The translations under genes were made by a program, and so were the position numbers. From Octopus sinensis (lineage: Eukaryota), in contig NC_043000.1 of assembly GCF_006345805.1 (NCBI RefSeq), positions 46,128,001 to 46,192,000 on the forward strand: 64,000 nucleotides of DNA, in the 5' to 3' direction. The notes under the pieces were generated by a model. That model made no database searches. It was given only the letters and a program-made list of their open reading frames with translations, and had not been told where the DNA came from. Shown here piece after piece: positions 12,413 to 23,709 of this stretch (positions are counted from its first letter, which is position 1; the number at the start of each line of letters is the position of its first letter).

Positions 12413-13570
12413 AGAGTGTTGGCTGAAAAGTTCATAGACTGACTACCATACTTTCATTAAGAGTGGTTGTGTGGTAAGTAGCTTGCTTACCAACCACATG
12501 GTTCTGGGTTCAGTCCTACTGCGTGGCACCTTGGGCAAATGTCTTCTACTATAGCCTCAGGCCGACTTAAGCCTTGTGAGTGGATTTAGTAGATGGAAAC
12601 TGAAAGAAGCTCGTCGTATATATGTATATATATATATGTATGTGTGTTTCTATGTTTATGTGTCTGTTTTTGTCCCCCAGCATCGCTTGACAACCGATGC
12701 TGGTTTGTTTAAATCTCTATAACTTAGCGGTTCGGCAAAAGAGACTGATAGAATAAGTACTAGGCTTCCAAAGTATAACTCCTGGGGTCGATTTGCTCAA
12801 CTAAAAGTGGTGCTCCAGCATGGCCACAGTCACATGACTGAAACAAGTAAAAGAGTAAATGTGGTTTGTTTTTTTAACATTGTGCCCTTTGTATCTCACA
12901 CACTTCTTCCACTGCATGGATCCCATTGGGGAAGAAGCTTTTATCCTGTTAATCAAAGAAATCATCAACAGCAGATATGACTTCTTCATCACTGTGATAC
13001 TGGTTCCCAACCAAAAGTTCGTTTCATGTTGGGGAAAAGATGAAATGACCTTAGTCTTATTTGGAGCAGGCGAAGAAGAATTTTTTCCCCTGCATGGACT
13101 GTCTCTTTGTCTCTGACTCAAAGTGATGAACCCAACACTCATCATGGGAAGGAAGATAATCAAGGAAACTAACTGGATCTGCCTCAAACAATGTAAGATT
13201 TTCCTATGATGTAATCAGTCTAGTGTGCTTTTAATCTGGTGTCAGGAGATGTGGTACCCACTTAGCAAAATCTGTCATCATGCCAATTTCTTTGAGCAGG
13301 ATATTCTCAACTCTCTCACAAGATATGCTTATAGCATTGGCTCTTTGATTTATAGTCAATCGCCTTTCCTCCTTCACATGATCATGTTTTCCTCAGCAGT
13401 GGCAGTCGTAGAACGTCCAGGCCTCGGGTCATCTTCAGCACTCTCCCTTTCTCTCCTAAATTCAATTGTCCACTTTTGCACAGTTGATGAAGCTGGAGCA
13501 TCATCCCCTAAAGTAGCAACTATGTGAGCATGAATATCCTTGGGGACAGTTGTGATTTTATGTAATTAAT
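12413..13570 (-). mobile_element. Mariner transposon relic carrying a SINE insertion
   Basis: Minus-strand translation gives KDIHAHIVATLGDDAPASSTVQKWTIEFRR..EDDPRPGR, AKWVPHLLTPD and QWKKCVRYKGHNVKK. One TIR (GTTGGCTGAAAAGTTCATAGACTGAC) follows TA at 12411-12412; the other TIR was not found. Confidence 0.85.
12461..12858 (+). mobile_element. tRNA-derived CORE-type SINE, family B, with internal microsatellite
   Basis: A/B-box head GAGTGGTTGTGTGGT..GGTTCAGTCC, CORE-like CCTTGGGCAA.TGTCTTCTACTATAGCC, internal (TA)/(TG) tract and AAAAGAGT tail. Confidence 0.9.
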
Positions 13571-13704
13571 TATGTAGATTGTAGGAAAGATTTCTGGTGT
13601 ATTTTATAGTTCTCAGATACAGCTGTTTGATTGCCTAAAATAGAATTTGAACCCGTTTCATCTGACTTTGTGCATTTAAATTATAATAAATTGTAATTAG
13701 AATA

Positions 13705-13957
13705 TTTCGTTTTTGGATTTGGTTTGCAAGATTCTTTATATGAGTTCGTGTGTTGAAGCATATTTTGTTGTGTCTGGGGAGAGTCATTTTCTTTTTGTGC
13801 CTTATAATATAACACATTCAAGACTATTGAAAAGGTTGCAAGACACAACGAAAATTTTAGGAAAATAAAAATAAGAAATAAGTGAAAATTTTACCGGTGA
13901 GTGTGTTACATTATAAGGCACAAAAAGAAAATGACTCTCCCCAGACAAAACAGAATG
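13705..13957. mobile_element. Fold-back element (family F), probably Penelope-derived
   Basis: Inverted arms GTCTGGGGAGAGTCATTTTCTTTTTGTGCCTTATAAT / ATTATAAGGCACAAAAAGAAAATGACTCTCCCCAGAC. The family recurs at 19228 and 21354. Confidence 0.8.
13824..13860 (+). ncRNA. Minimal hammerhead-like motif, U3-A8 variant core
   Basis: CTA-TTGAAAA-G-GTTG(CAAGACA)CAAC-GAAA-ATTT-TAG. Stem I CTA/TAG, stem II GTTG/CAAC, and stem III reduced to the palindrome AATT. Confidence 0.5.
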
Positions 13958-14919
13958 TAATTAGAATAATAAATGGAAAGTAAAAATGAGTAAATTCGAT
14001 ATTAATCAGGTGAATATATTGGTTCATTTGTTTAAATATGTAGACTCATCTTTTGTTTTCAGTATGTGAACTTGTACTGGATATTGATAGTGTATATTTG
14101 TGTCTTACTGAAAAAGTATAAATTAAGGAATGTGTATTGTTCTTAAGAGCTGGTCGAATTGTAAGCAAATAAAAGCCTAAGTTCACTGCTTCCTTTTTCG
14201 AACCGTTGGTATACTTTAGGGGCTAAGCCATTTTTCATTTGATAACTGCACAATGCCAATTTTTGTCCAAGTGAAGTCGCTACTAGTTACGTTTGAAGTT
14301 TTCTTTGAAGAGTTAGATGTCAGTTTACTTGGAAGGAAGCAATGCAGTTATTAATAAGAAGTATGGAAATTATGATATGCAAGATTTCACAGCTCTAGTA
14401 TTACTCCTTCTTAGTCAGCCCATAAATTTTCAGCCCAACCTGGTAGAGAAATTCAGTGAATTTTACTAAAAATCAAGGTACCCACATTTAGTAATAAAAT
14501 ATATTACCAGAAACGTATCAGTAGATGCCATATGTCCCAGGAGATCCTAGTTTGGAATGGAAAGAAGATGCTGAAGAGGTGTCACAGTTTACCCTCAAGT
14601 TACCAGAATATGAACAGAGGTTTGGACAGAGTGAATGAATATATAAATCTATGGCATTGTATTCATCATTATTATCAATAATAGTTTAGTGGAAGATAGA
14701 ATCAGTAGATCACTGAAGAATATGCCCTGCAGCATTATAGTTTCATCTCTTTAAGTTCTGTAATGAAATCTAGTAAAGATTGAATTTTTGCCTTTCATAC
14801 GTCTAAAAGTCATCAATAAAATCAGTATCACTCAATTACTGTAGCTCATTTTAATAACAATATCCATTTTTTAAACTTTTGGGCTTTTGTCAGAGTTAGA
14901 AATTAGTGGTGGATTCAAG

Positions 14920-15345
14920 GGAGTGAACTGGTAGAATGGTTAGCAAGGCAAAATGCTTAGCAGCACATTTCTTCTCTCCTTACATTCTGGGTTCAAATTC
15001 CACTGAGTTCAGCTTTGCCTTTCCTCCTTATGAGGTTGATAAAATCAGTACTAGTTGACAACTGGGGTCAATGTAATCAACTTGCTTCATCCCCCAAAAT
15101 TACAGGCTTTGTGTCGGTATTAATGGTGGATTTAAGGCAATGAGCTGGCAGAATTGTAAGTATGCCAGATGAAATACTTAACAGCATTTCTTCCATCCTT
15201 CAGTTCACAATTCCACCAAGGTCAAAATCGCATGTCATCCTTTTGGGATCGATGAAATAAGTACTAGTTGAGCATAGGGGTCGATGTAATCAGCTACTAC
15301 CCTGCCCACTAGAATTTCAGGTCTTGTACCTATAGCAAAAAGAAT
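14920..15345 (+). mobile_element. Head-to-tail array of family A SINEs (more decayed copies continue to about 15620)
   Basis: Successive SINE bodies, each preceded by ATTA(A/G)TGGTGGATT (14902, 15119, 15346). Confidence 0.75.
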
Positions 15346-16598
15346 ATTAATGGTGGATTTGTAGAATCATAAAAGCATCAAACTAAAGTAACTTACAGCA
15401 TTTAATCATATCTCTTATGGCAACTATATTCTTTTGTTAAATTTGTGGTCTTGTGTGAGTTTGTAGAACCATTAGAACAAGCAAAATGCCTTGTGATATT
15501 TGTTCCTACATTTTATGCTCAACTCAAATTTTTCCAATCAATTTTGCATTTGCTCCTTCTTAGTTCTATAAAATAAAGTACCTGTTAATTACTGCAGTTG
15601 ATTTATTGACTGCCATCATCCAGTTTACTGAAGTAATCAAAGTGTTTTGGGATAATAATTTTTGAGGTGCTACTCTAGAGCAGACAGAACTCATCAAAGT
15701 TTGCCTGAGTATCATGAAAGGAAGTACCTTCTCCAAGAACACGAGGCACCATCTAATATGAGAGTCAAACTCTTGACCTTACAATCATGAGTCCAATAGC
15801 CTAGCCACTTGATTATATACCTTCACTAAATGAATAAACATTTCTAAAATATGTAGTCTTGTACCAGCGTTGGAAATCAAATATTATCTCTATTCCTGGG
15901 AGAGACTGAATGGTAGAAATAGATATTAAACTAAGTCCTTTACAATATTTAGTTTAGTTTTCCTACTGTCAGAATGCAAATCTTATTTAGGTTCTGTATT
16001 CTGAATGAAGAGGAACAGAGTTTACTTTGTGGAGGAAGGGCAGCATCTACTAACCTTTTCTAGGGTCTCCAAAGCTGGTTGGAGGCTAGGGGCTAAGTTT
16101 TACTCAGTGAAGATGTGGTTCAAATACTTGAAATTGTGTGGATTCCACTGAAGGTATGCAAGAGCCAGATGGTGGGTTTGAACCAAGCGGCAGATTGGCT
16201 TTTTGCCAAAGTTTTGAAATTATTATCTTGTGCAAGTGGCTTCTGTTTGTTTTGCTCAGCTTTTAGCTATATAGAAGTGCAGGAGATATGCGATATTGTA
16301 TACATATCTTTGATGTGACAGAAGCTATCAGTAAAATTTCCATTGGTTGGCTTTCTTATTGAAAAACTTTTTAGATTGCTTTTTCTACCTTATACTTGAC
16401 TTCACTAAATACTTTACATCTTTTTTCCTTTCCTCAATAATATGTTCAGCAGTATAACATCCTCCATCAGTCTTCTTATTCTAGAGACACTCCAGCATGC
16501 ACACACATACACACATACGTATGTGCATATACTTGTATGTATGTTTGAATTTGTGTGCGTGTTTGTGCACACACACACACACACATATATATATACAG

Positions 16599-16638
<40 letters not shown>

Positions 16639-18473
16639 GTGTGTGAGTGTGTATGTATATATATATGTATGTATGTATATGTATATATATAGGCTTGTTT
16701 CATAATCTTCACGTTCACATCACAAAAATATTTCCTCTTTGTTCCTCTTTACTTTATACTCTCGTTATGTAATGAGCAAAGTAAAATGGTTTGACATTTG
16801 TTTCATATGCTCAATAAGGTTGTCATCAATTAGATTCTCTCTTTCTCCTTTGCCTTTCCATTTCTTTATCTCTCTCTCATTATTTCATGTACATTATTTT
16901 CCGTTAAGAATTGAATATAGTTTTTCCATGTACTGCAATTGAATACGAGTATGTTCACATCATTTTGATCAGGTTCTACCCCCCCCCCACCACTGCTACC
17001 ACCACCAATTGTTTAACCTACTTTGCTTTATTTAAAAATAAATATTTTATCATTCATTGTTCTAACATAGAAGAATGTTGAATTTATTTTGCTTTCATTT
17101 TATTTCATTTGCTTCCAGCACAAAATTGATTTCTAACCTTAGATCTAATAGCTGGATGTTCCATTTTCTATTTCTTATTTTCATTTTCCCTTATTTAGTC
17201 TACTTTTAACATTATACCATAATATTTGTTCTTTTGAAATAAGGAGTGCTTTCTAAATTCACTGACATTATCAACCTTAAATATCTTCAACTCAGTTGCT
17301 TGCTTTTAGTCTTTTCTTGTTGAAGGTATTTACTTTCTGAGGCGACAGTATTTTTGAATTTTTCTTTAACCTTATGTGCTCCAGCTTCTTTACTTTCATG
17401 TTTCATAGATTACAGTTGCCCAAGACAACATTGCCACATTATTCTTTTTTCTTTTACATCTCTTCAACAAGTGCAGCATGTAGAAATTTTCAATATACTT
17501 CTTTAAAAATTTAAGTCACACTTGAGGCCAAAACTTCATGTTAGATTTTGTTGGCAACTTGGGTTACGGGTGCATCATAGACATCAATGTTTTGACAGCA
17601 AGTATTTACAACATTTTAAAAATCTTACGTAAAATTTTCTTTTCCAAGTAACCAACCTTTTGGGTACCATTAAAATGGTATCAAACCTCAAGCCATATTT
17701 CTTTATACTTTTGCAAAACCTGCTTGCACTTTGCTTCTTAAGAGTCCATTGTTATGTATGTATTAAGTGATGTTTTAAATGCTTGGCAACTCTTAAAAAT
17801 ACTTTTGTTGTATGACCACTATTTCTCTCTGTACAACCAAAGAACTACGTACTTAGTTCATTCTTCTCTAGCTACCATAGACAGAATCTTTACTGTTGTT
17901 ACTTAGTTCCCAAACAATATCTAGCCATTAGTTGCATTTAATGGAATCTAGCCTGTTTGCAAGAATTTAAGGATAGACTTGTTGAGAACAAGAAACTTTA
18001 TCTTCACCTTTATTCTCTCTTTTGGCTTCAGTTGCCTTTTCCTTAAAGGAGAAAAATGTTATCAAATGTTGTCAAGGCATGTGGGTTTTTTTTAATAGCT
18101 TAATCTAAAAGGGAAAGATTGCAACTATGATCCATTTCAAGTTCTCAATGAATGGAAGGAGGAAAGGATTTAGCTATCCTTAGACTGTAGAGATACTTAT
18201 CTCAAATTTTGAAGTCTTTATGTGATGGAGCGATGACATAAAGATGGTGGAATGTTGATATAAAATTTCTTGATGATATAAAATATAAAAAGGGGTCAAT
18301 GTAATTGTAGGTTTTAGCTATATTGATTCTTACTCCAAAATGATCTTTACAAATCAACAACTTCAAAATATGGATAGATGCTTTTGGTAGTTTTCATTCC
18401 ATACATGGAATTTAGTGGGGACAATCTTGCACAGAATTTAAACTTTTATGAGTATCAACATTATATCTATTTT

Positions 18474-18508
<35 letters not shown>

Positions 18509-18867
18509 CAAATAAGAAAATGGAGAAGCACATTAGTTGGTTTATCAGCTTTGGGATATTAGAATGTTGTCTTATTTAATTAACAAAACTAGAACCATAA
18601 TAACATACATATAAACAGTATAAAATTCAATACTTTTAAGATAAGAATACAAATAGTTATTAAAAAAACATTAATATAAATTGTTAGAATCATTAAAATC
18701 ACTTACAGCTGTTTCAGCCTATGGAAAAAAAGTAATTTATATACACACACACATATATACATGTATGTGGGTGTGTATCTCTTTGCCTTAATAACTTGGT
18801 CATTATGAGTTTCATCTATTTTCAACATTCTAGAAAAATGTGTCTCTCCATGTAATATCACCTTGCT

Positions 18868-19200
18868 TGGAAACAGGTTGGCTACAGGAAGGGTATCCAG
18901 CCATAGAAAACTTGCTTCCAAAATACTCCCACATACAACATCCACATTCAACAACATTGAAAAAGGCTGGAGTTGGAAAAAAAACTTCATCTGTAGACCG
19001 ACATGAAAACCTCCATTGAAAATCAGAGCTGCAGAGGAACAGTGGGTAATCAAAAAAATTAAACAGAACCCAAATATATTCCAACCCATCAAATCAAAAA
19101 AGTGTTCCAACCAATCAAAAAAATCAAACAGAACCCAAAAGTGTTCCAACCCATGCAAGCATAGAAAGTGATCATTCTAAGCGATGATGGTGATGATGAG
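18868..19200 (+). mobile_element. (GAT)n-tailed family copy with internal slippage repeats
   Basis: GGTTGGCTACAGGAAGGGTATCCAGCC..TTCCAACCCATGCAAGCATAGAAAG..GATGATG, with repeated ATCAAAAAA..TTCCAACC units at 19050-19150. Confidence 0.6.
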
Positions 19201-19227
19201 TATGGGGACAATAATAATTAAATATGT

Positions 19228-20702
19228 ATGTGTATATTTTATTGTGTCTGTGGGGAGTCATTCTCTTTTAGTGCCTTATTAATTTAACACGCTCACCAGT
19301 CTGATTTCCACTCATTTATTTATCCAAAAAATCGGATGTCCACCAAAGCTACTGAGGATCATCAAGTCTTTCCATGATGACATGCAAGGCACCATACAGC
19401 ACAACGGTTCAACATCAGCCGCCTTCCAAACAAAAAACGGGGTAAAGCAAGGCTGTGTCCTCGCTCCTACATTGTTTGGCATCTTCTTCTCACTCTTACT
19501 GTCACATGCCTTTCAGACATCAGATGATGGAGTGTTTCTGCACAGTAGAAGTGACGGGAAACTGTTCAATCTCTCGCGCCTGCGTGCCAAGACCAAAATC
19601 AGAAACGTCCTGATCAAGGAGATGTTATTTGCTGATGATGCCGCTCTGGTAACACACAGAGAAGAAGCCCTCCAAAGGCTCATTAACTGTTTTGAGCAAG
19701 CATGTAACGACTTTGGCTTAGCTATCAGCCTTAAGAAGACCAACATCATGGGTCAGGCTACATCGGACATCCCAAACATACATATTGGAGACCACAGATT
19801 ACAAGAGGTGGAGAAGTTTACCTATCTGGGCTCTACCGTCACCTACAACCTATCCCTTGACGCTGAGCTCAATATACGCATTGGCAAGGCAGCTGCTGCG
19901 ATGGCCCAACTCTCCAAACGGGCTTAGGACAACAATAAGCTGACCAAGACCACAAAAATGAAGATCTACCAGGCATGTGTACTCAGCACTCTACTGTATG
20001 GAAGCGAGACCTGGACGCTATACACACGCCAAGAGCGTCGCCTAAACATCTTTCACCTGCGCTGCCTCCGAAAAATCCTCCACATCAAATGGCAGAATCA
20101 TATCCCCAACAAAGATGTCCTCAGGCAAGCAGGAATACCAAGCATGTTTGCACTCCTCACACAAAGACGCATGAGATGGCTTGGGCATGTTAGCCGTATG
20201 AAAGATGGCAGAATCCCCAAGGACATACTCTACGAAGAGCTTGCTAGGGGTACTAGGTCTGTGGGTAGACCGATCTTACGTTACAAGGATGTTTGCAAAA
20301 GGGATATGAAGGCCTGCGACATTAATATTAGCGGTTGGGAGGCAGTCGCCGGCAACCGTGGAAAATGGCGACGTGCAGTAAAAGAGGGAATACAAAGGAG
20401 TGACAGAGAGAGGAGAAATGGAAAGAAAGGAAGAGACGTAAACAAGAGACCATGGCACTACAACCAGCCAGGAACAGTCTTCGCTACATTTGCAGTACCT
20501 GCCAGAGGGAGTGTTTGTCCAGGATAGGACTACACAGCCACAGCAGGAAATGTATCAGGAAATAAAATATAACAGCCGGACTAGACCTAAAAAAAAAAAA
20601 AAAAAAGCGCAACTCCATTGTCTCCCGAGACAGAAAGGATGCCAATACAATTTATTTATTTTTAGTAAAATTTTGTTGCATTTTGCAACCTTTTCAATAG
20701 AC
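19228..20702. mobile_element. Family F arm split by the RTE insertion (19228-19323 and 20650-20702)
   Basis: The two halves join into the family F arm consensus seen at 21354-21480. Confidence 0.75.
19324..20649 (+). mobile_element. 5'-truncated RTE-clade LINE (RT plus C-terminal zinc finger)
   Basis: One frame from QKIGCPPKLLRII through GVKQGCVLAPTLF, LFADD and FTYLGS. One TAG at 19925-19927 and one frameshift near 20405, then YICSTCQRECLSRIGLHSH. 3' end CCATTGTCTCCCGAGACAG..GATGCCAA. TSD ATTTATTTAT at 19314-19323 and 20650-20659. Confidence 0.95.
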
Positions 20703-20843
20703 ATTGACACTGTCCATTATTGGAACTGCGTTCTTTTTTTTGTTTGCTTGTGTGCATTCATGTGTTAGTGTGCATGAGCATACATACATGTATGTATGTA
20801 CTCTGCATGCATGTGTGTATGCATGTATGTGTGTACACACACA

Positions 20844-20884
<41 letters not shown>

Positions 20885-20892
<8 letters not shown>

Positions 20893-21087
20893 GCATGTGT
20901 GCACGTTTGTATGTATGCATGTATCCTGCATATTCATGTGCTTGTGTGTTTATGTGTATGTGTTTGTGTTCATGTTTTTGTCTTTGTATGTGTATGTGTA
21001 TATATATGTGTGTATATATGTGTATATACTATATCCTCATCATCAGCAGCAGCATATAGTGGATGCCAAATGATTATGACGATAAGG

Positions 21088-21128
<41 letters not shown>

Positions 21129-21326
21129 GCATGTGTGCACGTTTGTATGTATGCATGTATCCTGCATATTCATGTGCTTGTGTGTTTATGTGTATGTGTT
21201 TGTGTTCATGTTTTTGTCTTTGTATGTGTATGTGTATATATATGTGTGTATATATGTGTATATACTATATCCTCATCATCAGCAGCAGCATATAGTGGAT
21301 GCCAAATGATTATGACGATAAGGATA
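20885..21326. repeat. Perfect tandem duplication, period 236 bp, bounded by (TA)n tracts
   Basis: 20885-21089 is repeated at 21121-21325; no mismatch was seen outside the TA tracts. Confidence 0.95.
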
Positions 21327-21353
21327 TATATATATATATATATTTATATATAC

Positions 21354-21690
21354 TGTTGAGTCTGGGGAGAGTCATTTGCTTTTAGTGACTTATAATTTAA
21401 CATACTCACCGGTAAAATTTCCACTCATTTACTTATTTATTTTTCTAAAATTGCTGTTGCATCTTATAATAATTTTTAATAGTTGCATGAGTCAACAATT
21501 ATTGAAAAGATTGCAAGATGCAACGAAAATTGTAGTAAACTAAATAAGTAAGTGAGTGGAAATTTTACCGGTGAGTGTGTTAAATTATAAGGCACGAAAA
21601 GAGAATGACTCTGCACAGACGCAACAGAATATGCTTCAACACATGAACTCACATAAAGAATCTTGCAAACCAAATCCCAAAACGAAATAT
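21354..21690. mobile_element. Fold-back element, family F, with about 130-bp inverted arms
   Basis: Left arm 21354-21480 and right arm 21495-21690. A hammerhead-like TTGAAAA..TTGC/GCAA..GAAA motif lies at 21502-21528. Confidence 0.85.
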
Positions 21691-22230
21691 ATGTATGTAT
21701 GTATATATGTATATATGTATGTATGTGTGTATGTATGTATGTATGTATGTATGTATGTATCAAAACAGTTTGATTCAAATTCGTTGCTATACTTAAGTTT
21801 CAAGTGTGATGCTAGTCATGGAAGGTCACATGATATCATGTTTCATGCTTGCATGCAGGTAACAGTTAGTTGGGAAATACTGCATGGTGAACAGGAAACT
21901 GACCATGTGGAAGACAAGAAATAGACTAGAAGTTAGTCAGGTTGTTGTGGGGGTGGGGAGTAAGAAATGGCGGCATGTGCAAGTATATAGTTATATATGT
22001 GGGTGTGTAGATGCACTCATATAGTTTTGCATGCATGTGTATATTGATGCAAGTGTGCACATCTATACATGAGCACACACATACACACATGATTGGATGA
22101 ACATGCATGCATGTGTATTCATTAATAAGTACACATGTATATTTGCATACATACCAGTGAGAGCACAACAATGCATTCATGTGCACATGTGCATTAACAC
22201 ATGCTTGTGCGTAAGTATACAAAACAAGCA

Positions 22231-22315
22231 TTGGGGATTGGTAAGTGTTGGGAATTGGTAAGTGTTGGGGCTTGGTATGTGTTGGGGGCTGGTAAACGTT
22301 GGGGATTGGTAAATA
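22231..22315. repeat. 5 x 17-bp G-rich tandem repeat in the PLE 3' region
   Basis: TTGGGGATTGGTAAGTG-like units at 22231, 22248, 22265, 22282 and 22299. Confidence 0.9.
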
Positions 22316-22439
22316 GCAGTCCTGGTCATGGGGCTGGTTGGTAGTGATTACCTTGGTGCAGGCGGTGCAAAGTAGTAGCTGGTACTAAACTATATCCAGG
22401 TTGTCGGCAGTCATAGGTCTGAAATTTGCCATAAGGGCA

Positions 22440-23660
22440 CATCTCTGGTGACAACAATACAATAAAACTTATTTCTTGTTGATGGATACTGCGGGTTGTT
22501 GGAGGATATGCAGTCTTTTGCAGAGGCAGAGCTGGTAGTTGGGGGCACTGGGGGAATATAGTGGTGCTCTGTTGACAATAGTCCACTTGATGTTGGGTAT
22601 TTCATCTTAGAGATCACAGAATCTCCAGAGAAAACGAGACAGGGAAGTAGAGTTCTCTCTATCCCTGGATCTGAATGAGTGCATATGCTGGGAGTATCTT
22701 CCCATGAAATCATTAGCTGTCATCTCTGTATAGTGTCTAGTAATGCCATCAGATGGTGTAAGGTGGCTCTGTATACTACGGCCCTAGAAGACAAGATCCT
22801 TCTAGAGGGCTCATGGTGGGGTTCCAGAAGTTGCAGGTTGGGGTTGCTGGTGGTGTGAGTACATTTTTACATCTGCTGATGTGTGCAATGTTAGAGGCAA
22901 TATTATCTAAACAGGAGTAGCTTATCTTGACATTATGTAATACTTATGACCTGTGGGGAAGTGTTTCTTAATTAACGACAGGAAGCCCCTAGCTACATTG
23001 GTGGAAACTTCTAGGTAGAAAGAGGGTTATACCATATAATTTTTATCCTAATCTATTTGGGGTGAAGAGAGGGTGTTTGGGAGTTGTTCACATACGTGAG
23101 CTTCTTAGTAAACCTGCTCCTAACCAAAGCATCATTGTAGTGGGAGGCGGCCCTATTTCTCTATTAACCAAGGGTAGTCATTTACTAATGTCTGGAACAA
23201 GGCTTCTAATTACAGCAGGGAGATGGTTTGAGCTGTTGTGGATGTTTACTGTGCCCTCATTAGGGTTCTGGTATGGGTAATACTTTCCCGTCCTTAGGTC
23301 TAAGGTTACATCCAAGAAATCAACCGTCATCAGGTTGGCAGTAACCGTTATGGACAGGCTGAACTCCTTAAATATTTTTATCAAGTCCCTCCTGAACCTG
23401 TCCATGGTGTGGCCGTTCATATGGTTTGAGATAGTCAGGCTGTTGTTCCTATAGATGGTTGGTATGTCTCTTGAAGTATCCAAGATGTTTGACCCAACGA
23501 GGTTGGTGATTTCAGCCCTGTCAAAGCTCCCCATTGAGACGTCAAACAATAGGTTTTCTTTTTCACCCAGAACGAATCATCAGGAGCCAGAATTGACTTT
23601 CTGGCATTAATGATAATTCTGATGTCAAGGTCACTAATGCTGGTGTATTATTCAAAATGG
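22440..23660 (-). pseudogene. PLE reverse transcriptase - GIY-YIG endonuclease pseudogene
   Basis: Fragments INARKSIL..WVKK, FDVSMGSFD, VDFLDVTLDL.TGKYYPY, HNSSNH, IIWYNP, KHFP, KISYSC, C-N-x..SPLE, VVYRAT, HYTEMT..F.GRY..H..SF and KWTIV..LCL. Many frameshifts. Confidence 0.88.
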
Positions 23661-23709
23661 CTGATGATTAGCATTCTGCTTGAAACTCAAGAGTACCAAC
23701 AAATTTGAA
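23651..23709 (+). ncRNA. Type I hammerhead ribozyme motif in the inverted pLTR
   Basis: TGG-CTGATGA(23661-67)-TT-AGCA/TGCT-T-GAAA(23682-85)-CTC/GAG-TA (GTA 23693-95)-CCA. Possible distal stem I TTCAAA/TTTGAA. Confidence 0.7.

Noticed and set aside
14525-14638. Short ORF MPYVPGDPSLEWKEDAEEV...
   Set aside because: 37 codons, no polypyrimidine tract, no convincing donor and no recognised homology.
16064-16153. 90-nt segment with strong splice signals
   Set aside because: All three frames contain stops; it could only be a non-coding exon and there is no evidence for that.
19350-19640. CTGAGGA/CTGATGA heptamers here and at 23571(-), 39509, 12032(-), 14572, 14713, 28132, 35908 and 56953
   Set aside because: They lie in TE coding or SINE sequence and lack a correctly placed GAAA, stems or NUH site.
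21830-22900. Selenocysteine recoding/SECIS in the Naiad-like PLE
   Set aside because: The readable Cys-motif codons are TGC/TGT or point-mutated, not in-frame TGA, and no SECIS-sized AUGA..AA..GA hairpin was found.
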